This document shows, piece by piece, positions 12,801-24,400 of a DNA stretch of 64,000 nucleotides. Position numbers and translations under genes: made by a program. The notes beneath the pieces were generated by a model. It was not told the origin of the DNA. It worked only from the letters and a program-made list of their open reading frames with translations, and did not search any database. This DNA comes from Callorhinchus milii (lineage: Eukaryota), in NCBI RefSeq assembly GCF_018977255.1, contig NW_024704749.1, positions 18,972,001-19,036,000 on the forward strand, given 5' to 3'. The stretch's first letter is position 1; each line of letters opens with the position of its first letter.

Positions 12801-15800
12801 AGTGAGTTTTTTTTGTAGGGATTCTTACCTCCGGAAAGCGATCTGCCAATCGACTAACTGAGTTCTTTACTAACTGCTAGGAAAACAGAGGTGTGTGAAG
12901 TAAGGAAACTTGCCTAAAGTTTCGCCCTGGCGGGAAACGAACCCAGGTCCTCCTCTCACTTGAGAATCCCATTCTACTTCCTTTCATAGAATCAAAGAAA
13001 ATTACAGCACAAAAGGAGGCCATTCGGCCCATCGTGCCTGGAAGAGCTCCCCAATCAGTCCCACTCCCTCGCTCTATCCCCACACCCCTGTACATTTTCC
13101 CTTTAAAGTACCTATCTAATTCCCTTTTGAAAGTTGTTATTGAATCTGTTTCCACAGCCCTTTCTAGCAGTGCATTCCAGACTGTAAGCGATACGCTTTC
13201 TCCCTATATTCTTTCATATTTCCCCTTCTCTGATATTCAACTAAGTGCTTCTGAAGAAGCTAAAAAAGACTGCTATTGTATAAGTACCTCTGAGGAGCTT
13301 GAACCACGGGGGATTTTGTCTCCGCTGATCTCGCTGTGAGCTGTAGCTCTGTTGGTGTGGCATTCTCCTCACTCCACATGAGCTGCCGGGGGGAAATTTG
13401 ATTGCTACACGGCTGTTGCAAGGTGTGTAAGGTATATGGCCGGCCTCCGGTTGGGACTTTATTCAACGATTTACTTTTCTGAAAAGCAAAGCGAGGTAAC
13501 CAGGTGATTTTTACCCTTGAAACCAGAGCTGAGGGGTATCATCTTGGCTCAGTTGGTCGCGCTCCCCACTTTGGTAGTTTTAAGCTCACAGTCTAGGTTG
13601 ACACTCCAGTGCAGTGCTGGGGGAAGCCCTGCTTTTGTCAGAGGTGCCACGCTTCGGACGAAGCATTAAATGGAGATCTGTCTGTGCCTGTTCAGGCGGA
13701 CATTACAGATCCCATGGCATTATTCGAAAAGAGAAGGGAGTTTCTCTCTTCCAGTGTCCTGCCCAATAATCCCCCAAATAAAATTGGTTACTTAATTGTA
13801 TTCAGTACGAGTGTTTAGCTATGTTTAACGTCCAGAGAATCAGTGTGAGTGAGCGCCATCATTTTCATGGCAGATAATGATCCATCACCATGTTCAGTGC
13901 TACATCTTCCATGACATGGATGGAGTGACGAGGGCGAAATGCGTCTCTGACAGCTTGTTTCAGCTGCTCCGCGATCTCACATCCCTGTTTTGTAACAGGA
14001 TGGGTAAAAAAACTTTGTGGACAACCTGCAGTATTCTGTGGGACATCTTCCCAATGCGAAAAGCTCTGTAAACCTCGGGAACAGCCCGTGAGCCCACCTG
14101 CCCTGCCCAGATTGGCCCTCACCACTGTCGACTTGCTCTTTGTCTCTCCTCCTGGCCCCCCAAGGTCTTCAGGCTGCTGAAGCTGGAAGACAATGTCCTT
14201 TACTGACAGCAATGGTGGGGCTTTCTTTCTGCGTGAAGCACAGAGCGTAAACCATAGGTAAACATGTGCAATACTGCATTTCCTCGCCCCACCATTTCAA
14301 TCACCACTATCACAAGCCCCAAATAATAATAATAATAAAACTTGCATTTGATATAGCGCTTTTCATGTCTTCTAGATGTCTCAAAGCGCTTCACAGAATA
14401 TACTGTAAAGTGAATTGACTGTATATTTGTAGGCAAACGCGGCAGCCAATTGCGCACAGCAGTGTCCCACAAACAGTCGTGGATTGAAAATGACCAATTT
14501 ATTATTGATTTGTTTTTGGAGGGATTATTATTAGGCTCTGTGTGGAGTAAGGAAACTTGCCCAAGGTTTCGCCCTCTGCCTGGAATTGAACTCAGGTCTC
14601 TCGCTTGCAAAGCGAGTGCTCTAACCACTGAGCTACAGGAATGTGTCGTTCCTGCAAAACAGAGCTTGTAACAAGAGAACATTCATACGTTCATCAATAT
14701 ATTTAAGAGAAAACTTGATGCACAGAATATACTGTAAAGTGGATTGACTGTATTTTGTAGGTGAAACGCGGCAGGCAAATTTTTCACAGCAGTGAATTGA
14801 ATGAAAACATAATTTGGAGGAGCGGGAAATAATTACCCTGGAAAGTGATCTATCAATTGACTAACCACCAGATTCCTACTTTCTGCTTGGTAATCAGGCG
14901 AGTGGAGTAAAGAAACTTGCCTAAGGTTGCACCCTACCCGGGAATTGAACTCGGGTCCTCTGACTTGCGAGGCAAGTGTGCTAACCACTTCTCTACAGGA
15001 CTCCACATTTACATCTATGTAAGTATCTTCAGCGATTGGTGAAAGCCACCAGGGAGATACCACAAATCTGATCACTCCTCTCTCCACTGATATGCTATTA
15101 ATACCCCTCCCAGGGGTCCCAGCTGATGGCATATCTCACATAATTTGGTTTAGGACTTTAGAATCCTAATCAGTTTAGAATCGATCGGTGCTTACTCTCG
15201 AGGCCAATCGCTCTGCCACTCTTTCCTGAACTGACGGTTTGGCACCCAGACCAGGATGGTTTCGGCCTCCGCCAGGCTCTGGGGCTTTTGATCTTCAATC
15301 TCCACCTCCACAACATCAATCTGGGGACAGGGAGAAGCCACAGAACAACTTGTATTTATAGAGCGCCCTTCCCGTAGTAGGCGTAACATCTCAAGAGAGT
15401 CGCGAGGGGGGGGGGTTGTTGAGAAGCTCAGACAGAGCCAGACGAGAGCTGAGAATGGCTTCCATCTTATCCATAAGAAGTTGATGCAGTGCAATGGTTA
15501 CTGGCACAGTATCAGACAGATCTGTAATTCCCTTCCCATCCCCCAAGGAAAAGAGGTTTCCCTTCATACTAACGCACAAGACCCCTCCGCCCCCAACAAG
15601 CAGCAAAGCTCAAACCAATGAACTCCAAGCCCCTCAGCCAAAGATCCTCCGAGCACTCACCTTCTTGAGCTCAGTGGGTGACGTACTCTTGCTTCTCATG
15701 TGTGCCTCGTGGGAGTGGGGAGAGGTCATGACACGATGCTGGCGCGTAATGTCCCAACTACAAGGCAAAAATATCTGCTTAATAGGCCTAGTCTCAAGCC

Positions 15801-17184
15801 CAAACTAGATGCAGGTCTGTCTCCCTGACACACAGTTTCTGCTCAGTGCCATGTGAGCTTGTGTCCACAAAGTCGTTTTTAATGTCTCATCGGAAGGACG
15901 GCACCTCCAACAACGCATTGCTCCCCCCAGCACTGTACTGGAGCATCATCCTAAACTGTGAGCTCAAAGTCCCAACATGGGGCTTGAACCCACCACCCTT
16001 CTGACTCAGAGGCAAGAGTGCTACCAACTAAGCCAGGCTAAAACCCGATTCCCAAATCCCTCCCTTTCTCTCACAGACTGAACCTCACCCCATTTATCTT
16101 CAGATCAGTACCAGTAAAACCTGTCGGGCCTTACCTGTCATCTGAAGCGATATCAAACTGACAGTCAGTGCGCGGGATACTATAACGGATATTGTCTTGG
16201 TGACGAGAGGTGGGAGTGAACAACACAGCCCTTTTCGCATTCTGCATCTCCCTCAGCTCACAGAGAGTCTCCAGGTCCTCCCAATGGGGGAACTGCAAGA
16301 CTTTCAGCATCGGCAGGTCACCTAGAAAATGAACCAGGAAGTACAGCCAGGCAGATTCATTCTCAGAGTCAATGCAGTGCCACATCCAACCCCTCACCAG
16401 CCTCCAGAAAGTCCATTCGTTTTACAGTATATTCTGTGAAGCGCTTTGAGATGTCTTGAAGGCATCATAAGGCGCTATATCAAATGCAAGGATTATTATT
16501 ATTATGTCCTTGCCCCACCATTGCACTCGACTGCGATCCTCGTCAGCCACCCACACCCTTCATTCTACTATAACAGCCTGATGCCTCCCCCGCACGATCT
16601 GTCCCACCATCGAAGGGCAAACTTATAGACATTTTCCCCAAGCTCTCCGGAACACTCTCTCTAAATAGGGAAAGAGCAGGAGAGTGCGACGAGTTCTTTC
16701 ACGATGGTCCGAATGTCCTCTTTCTTTGCTGCAGAATTCTATGATTCCATGATAAATCACTCGGCTTTCATCCTCTGAATCTTTGACCGTGTCTTTGGCC
16801 ACATCCCCAGCTCTGATTCCTAATCTGCCTCTGTGCTTTGAGATGTTTTCTTACAGGAAAGATTCTAAATAAGTGTAATTCCCTTTGCAGCAGAGGTGTT
16901 TGGGTGGGGGGGGGGGGGGAGGAGGTGGGGAGCAAAGGCGAGGAATGACCGCAAATTCGCAGTGGCTGAATCTCCACATTATCCCAGTAAAGCAGTGGTC
17001 TCGGCCCACAGGGCAGTACTATACCTTTGGTTATGTGAGTGGGTCTCTGGCTGGCTTTAAACGATTTGAAAGCAAAGCGAGGGAGGCCTTTTTCCAGTCT
17101 TCTGATGGACTCCCAGCACATGGGGTGCTGACAGATGACCATCTTGCACGTGGTCTCATCCAGGGTGGTAGAGAGCTGTTTCAT
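6835..17184 (-). CDS. C9orf43: C9orf43-like (DUF4647) protein, 657 aa, 12 coding exons
   Basis: Exons 17184-17025, 16321-16135, 15757-15661, 15320-15196, 14228-14123, 13478-13288, 12145-11923, 11567-11462, 10888-10763, 9437-9322, 8166-8055, 7259-6835. All GT-AG and the phases chain into one open frame (1974 nt). N-terminus MKQLSTTLDETTCKMVICQHPMCWESIRRLEKGLPRF matches the recalled human motif DETTC..[28 protein letters not shown] and ILVWVP resemble KLPVLTVV and VVLWIP. Adjacent to POLE3, as in human. Confidence 0.8.
7350..7675 (+). mobile_element. CR1 LINE 3' fragment
   Basis: Typical CR1 ORF2 end and 3' UTR (GGAATTCTCTCCCCCAAAAGGCTGCGGA...GATCAGCCATG...GAATGGTGGAATAGGCTCAAGGG...CCCATGTTCCTA). 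A similar fragment lies at about 8530-8755. Confidence 0.75.
7686..8037 (+). mobile_element. tRNA-derived Deu-core SINE (SINE2-1_CM-like)
   Basis: tRNA head with TAGTGGTTAGAGC and GGTTCAATTCC, core CAATTGGCTG, tail AAATGCAAGGA(TTA)n. Confidence 0.85.
11100..11408 (+). mobile_element. SINE2-1_CM-like SINE, 5'-truncated
   Basis: Same body and AAGGCGCTATATCAAATGCAAGGA(TTA)n tail. Confidence 0.85.
12645..12965 (-). mobile_element. SINE2-1_CM-like SINE
   Basis: Reverse-complement copy of the same family; followed by a CR1 3' fragment at about 12985-13180 (-). Confidence 0.85.
14322..14640 (-). mobile_element. Young SINE2-1_CM-like SINE (short subfamily)
   Basis: Head TCCTGTAGCTCAGTGGTTAGAGCACTCGCTTTGCAAGCGAGAGACCTGAGTTCAATTCC with A and B boxes. 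Very similar to the copies at 35912, 53563 and 59813. Confidence 0.9.
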
Positions 17185-18195
17185 TCTGCAGCGCACCCTC
17201 CTGCAGGAGAAACAAAACATCAATGCACAGAAGGCGGCCATCCATGCTGTCTTGTCCACAGAAAGCGGCCATCACTGCACCCTCTTGTTCTACGTCGTAC
17301 CCCCACACCCTTTCTTTTATTCACCCCACTCTCTCTCCACACAATGCGTCAGCCTGGTTCAGTTGGCAGCACTATCGCCTCCGAGTTAGTGAGTTGTGGG
17401 TTTGAGCCCCACGTCTAGTCTAGGCTGAAACTGCAATGCAGCGCTGCATGGTTGTGAGGTGATGTCCTTCACGTGACATGTTAAAACAAGATCCCGCCTG
17501 TGACTGTTCAGTTGGATGTTAAAGATCTCATGGCACGATTTGAAAAGAGTAGGGAGTTTCTCCCCGTGTCTGGGCCAACAATCCACCAGATACAAATTGG
17601 TATCCCACAAAGTCGTAGATTGAGTGACCATTTTTTTTAGGGGGGTGGAAACGGATTATCACACCCAGAAAGGTATCTGCCAATCGACTAACAACTGGGT
17701 TTCTACGTACTGTTAGCTAAACAGAGGCATGTGGAGCAATTAAACTTGCCTAAGATTACCCTTTGGGTTCAAAATGTCATCTCCTCTGACAATCCAAAGC
17801 TCACCTAATATTGAGATAAGATTGTCAGCCTGGACTGTGATCTCAAAGTCCTGAACCCACATCCTTTTGACTCAGAGGCTACTGAGACTGTGCCAGACTG
17901 ACATTGCACCACACCTTCCACATTGCTTTGATGAATCACACAGCCATCCACTGGGCACAGGATAACTGTGGAGCTGCTAATGATAGGAGTAATGGAGGAG
18001 TAGAGGGAGAACTCCTAATCATAATCCAGCTACAGTCCTCAACTGCCCACCCATCCCACACCCACTTAAATGAAAATATTTACCATGACAATCAAACACG
18101 GTGTGAGAGACTGAAACCATTTGCAAAAAGGATAAGGGTCAAAACGCAAAAGAAGAACTTTCTGGGGAACTTGTAAAATTTAAAATGCAAACTTC

Positions 18196-18832
18196 AGAGA
18201 GAGAGAGAGAGAGTGAGGAGAGGGTTGGGGGGGTGGGGTGGAGGGGGGAGAGAGAGAGAGAGTGAGTGGGGGTGGGGGGGGTGAAGGGGGAGAGAGAGAG
18301 TGAGTGAGGGGGGTGGAGGGGAGAGAGGGAGTGAGTGAGGGGGATGGGGTGGGGGGGAGTGGAGGGGAGAGAGGGAGTGAGTGAGGGGGGGATGGGTGGG
18401 GGGGTGGAGGGGAGATAGGGAGTGAGTGAGGGGGGATGGGTGGGGGGGGTGGAGGGGAGAGAGGGAGTGAGTGAGGGGGGATGGGGTGGGGGGAGGGGGG
18501 AGAGGAGTGAGTGAGTGAGGTATGGGGTGGGGGGGTGGAGGGGAGAGAGGGAGTGAGTGAGGGGATGGGGGGGGGGTAGGGGGTGGAGGGGAGAGAGGGA
18601 GTGAGTGAGGGGTGGGGTGGGGGGGGTGGAGGGGAGAGAGGGAGTGAGTGAGGGGGATGGGGTGGGGGGGGTGAGGGGAGAGAGTGAGTGAGGGGGGATG
18701 GGGTGGGGGTGGTGGAGGGGAGAGAGGGAGTGAGTGAGGGGGGGATGGGGTGGGGGGGGGGTAGAGGGGTGGAGGGGAGAGAGGGAGTGAGTGAGGGGGG
18801 GATGGGGGGGGGGGGTGGAGGGGAGAGGAGAG
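18196..18832. repeat. G-rich low-complexity tandem repeat in C9orf43-like intron 1
   Basis: Repeated GGAGGGGAGAGAGGGAGTGAGTGAGGGGG..ATGGG-type units; produces the spurious Pro-rich ORF 18180-18926. Confidence 0.9.
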
Positions 18833-18848
18833 AATGCAATGTCCTCAC

Positions 18849-19350
18849 CGCTGACAACTGGGATTCCAGGAGAGAGTACCAGTGCTTCTCCTTTGCTTCA
18901 TTGTCGGCCATGTGAGGCTCCGGCAACTGGTGGCAAAGCGTTGCTTAGCGACCGGGACGCCGCCGGACCACGCATGCGCCACCTCTTCACTGCATTGTGG
19001 TGCGTCCACACCCAGAGGTCATGGCCATCCCTCAATGGCTCTCTCTCTCCCTCTCCCCCTCTCTCTCTCTCTCACTGCCGACTGGTCACCAACATACCCC
19101 CTCCTCGCTCCCTCCCTTCCCTCCCCTCACCCTGACCGTTCCCCCCCCCCCCCCCCCCCCCAAGGCTCGGGTCCTGACCCAACTGTCCAGCGCCTCGGGA
19201 CGTCCTCCCGACGTGAGAGGCGCTCTGTAAATGGAATCTTGTTGTTGTTGTTGTCGCCGTCCCCGGGGTGGCATCGACACACTCTCGCGCGGCCTCAAGC
19301 GGGCCGTCCGCCCGCTCCGAACCAGTGGTCCCGGGGCGGGCGGTTTGGGC
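18849..19350 (-). promoter_or_regulatory. Probable first exon and CpG-rich promoter of the C9orf43-like gene
   Basis: Donor GCG|GTGAGG at 18849/18848; X-box-like GTTGCTTAGCGAC 18940-18952; NRF1-like CGCATGCGC from 18971; CpG-rich; acceptor CTGCAG at about 17201. Confidence 0.55.
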
Positions 19351-21426
19351 GTCAAACCAGTCAACCGCAAAGTCTAGTCTCTTCCTGTTCGGAACATTGT
19401 TTCCCCCCCCCCACCCCCCACCCCCACCCAGTCGAGCGCATGACTTTTACGTTGTTAGTAATAACAATCCTTGCACTCGAAATGCAGCGCCTCGTCGCGT
19501 CTCGAAGCGTTTCACGGAATTAACAACAAGGTTACGTTCATAAAGGACCTTTCACGTCGGGAGGACATCCCAAGGCACTGAACAGCAGAGGATTCGGGAC
19601 TGATAATAATTCTTGCATTTGAAATAGCGCCTTATCACGTCTTCGAGATGTATCAAAGCACTTTACAGGATATAAAGTGAATTGACTGTATATTTTTGGG
19701 GCCAAACAGGGCAGCCAATTGCGGACCGCAGTGTCCCATCAGGTGGATGGTAGCTACAAGGAACTCCCTGCGAGCTTCCCAGTGGGCAACACATCTCAGC
19801 AGGAAATGTATGATAGCATTCTGTTTATAAACACCACGGAAGTGACGGTGACTGTTTTGTTGCGTGATGTGTGATCGCCTCTCTGTAGTGTTCGCTGTGA
19901 GGCCATCTGAGAACGCTCCATCTCCTGCCCATTGCTAATTGGACTCACGATTCACTTAGAAGCAGTTTGTATATATATTATATATATGTGTGTATATTTA
20001 AAAAAAATAAAAGTCAACATTTGGGGGAACATGAGTTGAAGCGAATATTTATTCAAAAGTTGAAGTGAAAATGGCAACATTAGAAAGGGCCTAATGCTTT
20101 CACAAAAAGCCCAAAGACAATGCAAATTATAACTGCAATCATTCTCTAGAACGGCGTGCACTATTCAATGATTTCATTTACAAAGCCATGACTGTAGACT
20201 TTACAGAAAAACATCCAAAGGCATCTGAGTAGAAAGAAGCTGTAGAACCTATGTTTACAGCACTAGACACCAACATTTTAAGCATCAAGTGAGTGCCTTC
20301 CAGCTGACACAGCTTCGAGAGCACATAGCTTAACTGGAATCATTTGCAGTTCCACAATGTGATTTGATCGCGCTCTCCATTTACACATGATGGTATTGTG
20401 CATTTCTGATCAATCTCGGCACCGACATCTATTTTTATATTAACATCAATTCAGAGAAGCCTGGAACTGTTACCTGCCCTAAAGTCACACATCTTCAAGA
20501 AATACATTGTTCCCAAAGTCAGCAAGTGAGATGCATTTGGCTGGAAAGTATTTTTATAAACATTTATATAAAATCAAGGCTGGATGCCTCGAAGGTGGAG
20601 CTTCTGCTTGTGTCAACAGCAACTCCTTCAATAACAGCACATATAAGGACATTACTGAACTCATCTTCCAAAATAATTAAAACAAGAAAGATAGGTGCAA
20701 GAAACGGAATGGACACCTGGATTCAAGAGGTGGGAAACGCACTGAGAAACTGATGTTGATGTGTTTAAATGTCTGATAAGTTAAAAGAAGTGGTAATCAG
20801 TATTGGGTGAAGGAGTGCGATATATTTTAAGAGTACATTATACACAGTGTTTGGGGATGCAACTATATGCGATTGCAAATAATGGCGATCGTGTTTCAGC
20901 CCAGTCCCTTTAAAGCACATGGATCCACTCATTATGCAACTGGATTATACACAATGTAAGACACAGGTTTTCCAAGATTAATGTGTGTGTGTTTTTTTTT
21001 AAAATTGAATAGGTGCAAAAAAAATAAATTGACGACATCTTCCAAGCTGCCACTCAGCTTGTGAAAGGAAACAAAAAAGAAAGCATGTTCTGGGGAGACA
21101 AGAGTTAAGAGCAGTTAGTAACTACTAAACATATCCCTAAGCCACCCCCCCTCCCCCCACACGCACACACTTCCCATGAGATACGAGCGAGATTTCATAC
21201 GGGAGATCACACGCACACACACAAGGGTATACTCTGGCAATAGGGACTGGATCATGGCTTTGCAAGTGTCTGCTTCCTTGCCAACTGGTCAACATGAGGA
21301 ATTTCTAATGTCCCATGAAAATCCATTTAGTGCAAAGAACTTATACTCAATAATCAGTGGATCAGGCCTTCAATATCTGGCTGATGCAAATTTTTTCCAT
21401 CAACTGTATGGCACACATCTGCTCAT

Positions 21427-24400
21427 TTAAGATTGGTTCTCGCTCCCTTTTAACATGGCAGCTGAGATCTCGTGCCAAGCTATCACCATAGTCTTCTGGG
21501 CCATCTCGGTCAGGTCCGGGACATCATCTGCTGTCAGACCCTTTGTCTCAATTCTTTGAAGAATCTGAACCGTGTAAGTCCCTGGAAATGGATGAAAGGA
21601 ACAGTCAACTCAAGGCGTTCTGTACTCTCCGGCTACAATAATGCCACAGAAACTTTAACGTCCACCTGAACAGGAACTCGGCTTAAAGTCTCATCCAAAG
21701 GACGGCACCTCCGACATTGAAACAACCCCCAGCAATGCATTGGATTGTCATCTTAGGCGATGTGATTTGAAGTCCCGACATGGGGCTTGAACTCACAACC
21801 TTCTGACTCAGAGGCGAGAGAGATATCACTGCGCCAGGCTGACAAAGATATCAAAATAAGAAAAATACATGCAGCCTTGCTTAGCTTCAATGGAGAAGCC
21901 AACAGATATAATGGATAATGTGAAGGGGAATTGGGACTAGAGTATTTAGCTCCAGTGGCGCAGTTAACTCCAGCAAGCGCAACGGGGACCTAGGAATAAA
22001 GTAATTAGCTCCATAGGGGGAGCTGGCACCAGCACACACAATGAGCACTCCTGTGCTTTCATTGCTATAATTCAATGAATGGACTGTCTTGTGGTGACTG
22101 AAAGCTGACTCGGGGGTGGGGAAGAGAGGGAGAGGGAGAGAGAGAGAGCGAGGGAGGGCCTTAGAACATGGTCACTTCCCCAGTGCACTAACATTTATTA
22201 CACATTAGAGGACCAGAGATGGAGAAACTGTTCCATGTGGCGCAATCTCTTATACACACACACACCTGAGTCAAACCGCTTTTCCTTTTTGTTATAGAAG
22301 TCATTGTATGAGGAGAACACCACAGGGATAATGGGGACCTGGAACACAAGAGCGCCACCGGTTAAACGCTGATTAATGAGCTAGACAAAATATACAGCTC
22401 CCGTAGGACACAACAAGAGGGCAACGCAGGAACAGCACACACAGCACCTGCGAGCTTTGTAACCAGGCAACAGCGTAGCCCAGCAACAGCAATACAGGCC
22501 GCGGCTGATCAGCGGGGGGATGGAACACAGAGTATACAGCATCTGGTGTTGGGTTACAAGTGATCGCACACTTGAGAAGCTTCAGTGCGTTATCCATTAC
22601 CAAAGTCGGGCTTCAATCCGTTCCCTTACATCTGACCCTAAAAGAGTGCTTAAAGCACTGACCAGGTTATCTTCAGCATACGCAGGATAGGGTCTGGTTA
22701 GCTTCATTCAGGCATTGGCTGGAACATTAGCATTCTTTAGCAAAGCTATAATAAACATCCCTGTTGTGAGGGATCTCAGGTCCACATTCCCTGCACCCAC
22801 AACTCACTTGTTCGCTCTACACAATGCCTAGGGTTAAAAAACAGATGTTTTATTAGTAGGCGCAGTAAGAGTATTGGCTCACTGTCTGCAATGGGCCAGG
22901 CTTTTCAAGCATAAAACGGCCAAAAGCCGAGCATACAGATGACGGCACCGACTGTATGGTGGTACACCTGGCGTGTGTGTATGGGAGCTGAAGCTGCGGT
23001 GCTGTCGTGTGCATGTGGGTGAATGCCTGTCACCAGGGAGCTGATAAGAGTTTGCACATCGCTGCAGCGTTTTTAACCGCAAGCTGCTTTGCTGTCCTGA
23101 AATGATGGGATTTTTTTTTACACACATTCCCCTAAATCTGAATGGTTCTGACCCACGATTCTCTCTCCGGGCGTTTTGCAATCATTTACACTGCCGAGCG
23201 CGAGCGATGGCACCGAAATATTGGCACGCTCCAAACCCAGTGGGGGTGGTGTTTACCTGGGCCTGCACCGCTAAGTGGAATGCTCCGCGTTTAAAAGGCA
23301 GCATTTTTCCGTCGTGATTTCTGGTTCCTTCAGGAAACACCCACAACCTGACCTGAGGAAACAGAACAAGACACAAACCTCCGCTCAGTACAGCACAATT
23401 AGACATTTTGCTGCTTACGTCGATCCTCTGCCTCGTCAGTCTCTCATCCCCCCCACCACTGCAGATCGGTTTGAAGTGAACGGCATACGTAGATGGGGAA
23501 AGTCGTCATGGTCCTCGCGCACAAAATACAGTCAATCAATAATAATAATCCTTGCATTTGATATAGCGCCTTATCACGTCTTCTAGATGTCACAGAGTGC
23601 TTTGAATTCACTTGAAAGTATATCCGGTGAAAACGCTTTGAGACGTCTCGATGACGTGATGAGGCACTAAATCAAATGCAAGGATGATTATTAACGTTAA
23701 TCACCACGGAGAGTGCAGCGAATGCAGAGCGGTGATCCACTCGGGCTAATTCAGGGATAAACTCCCCAAAGCACTCAGGGAGCTAAATGAGTAATAACAA
23801 TAATAATCCTTGTGACATAGTGCCTCGTCACATTGACATTGACGAAACATCTCAAAACACTTCACAGGATTTATTGTAAAGTGCAGAAACCATTTGTAGA
23901 CAAGCGAGAACAAGAGAGCGCAGTGACTACATGGACTGACTATTGAACTACATGCAGAGACCCAATGAACGCAGATGAATGGATGAAGGCTAGATTCTGA
24001 AATAATAATAATAATATTCCTTGCATTTCGTATAGCGCCTTATCACATCTTCGAGACGTCTTTATCACATGGTTCAATCAGGACCTGAAAGGGAAAAAGA
24101 GTGAATGTTCTGTCCCTTCACCAGGACGGAAACTGTGGCTGAGAACAGAGAGCAAGTACACCCAGATGGAAAAAGAAAGACATTAGAAGTTAAAATGTAA
24201 CCGCACTAACTACATATGTAGAGACAGCCAATGGGCCATTAAACGTACTTGGCTTAAATTGTCTGCTGCGTTTCACCCATGGAATATACAGTCAATACTC
24301 TTTAAGTACTTTGAGACGTCTCAAAGACGTGATAAGGCGCTATATCAAATGCAACGATTATTATTATTGAAATACTGTAAAGGTGTTAGTAGTTACAGAC

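Noticed and set aside
18180-18848. 248-aa Pro-rich ORF
   Set aside because: Low-complexity G-rich intronic repeat downstream of a splice donor.
19835-19850. ETS-CRE-like CGGAAGTGACG suggesting another promoter
   Set aside because: Isolated partial motif outside a CpG island with no supporting exon structure.
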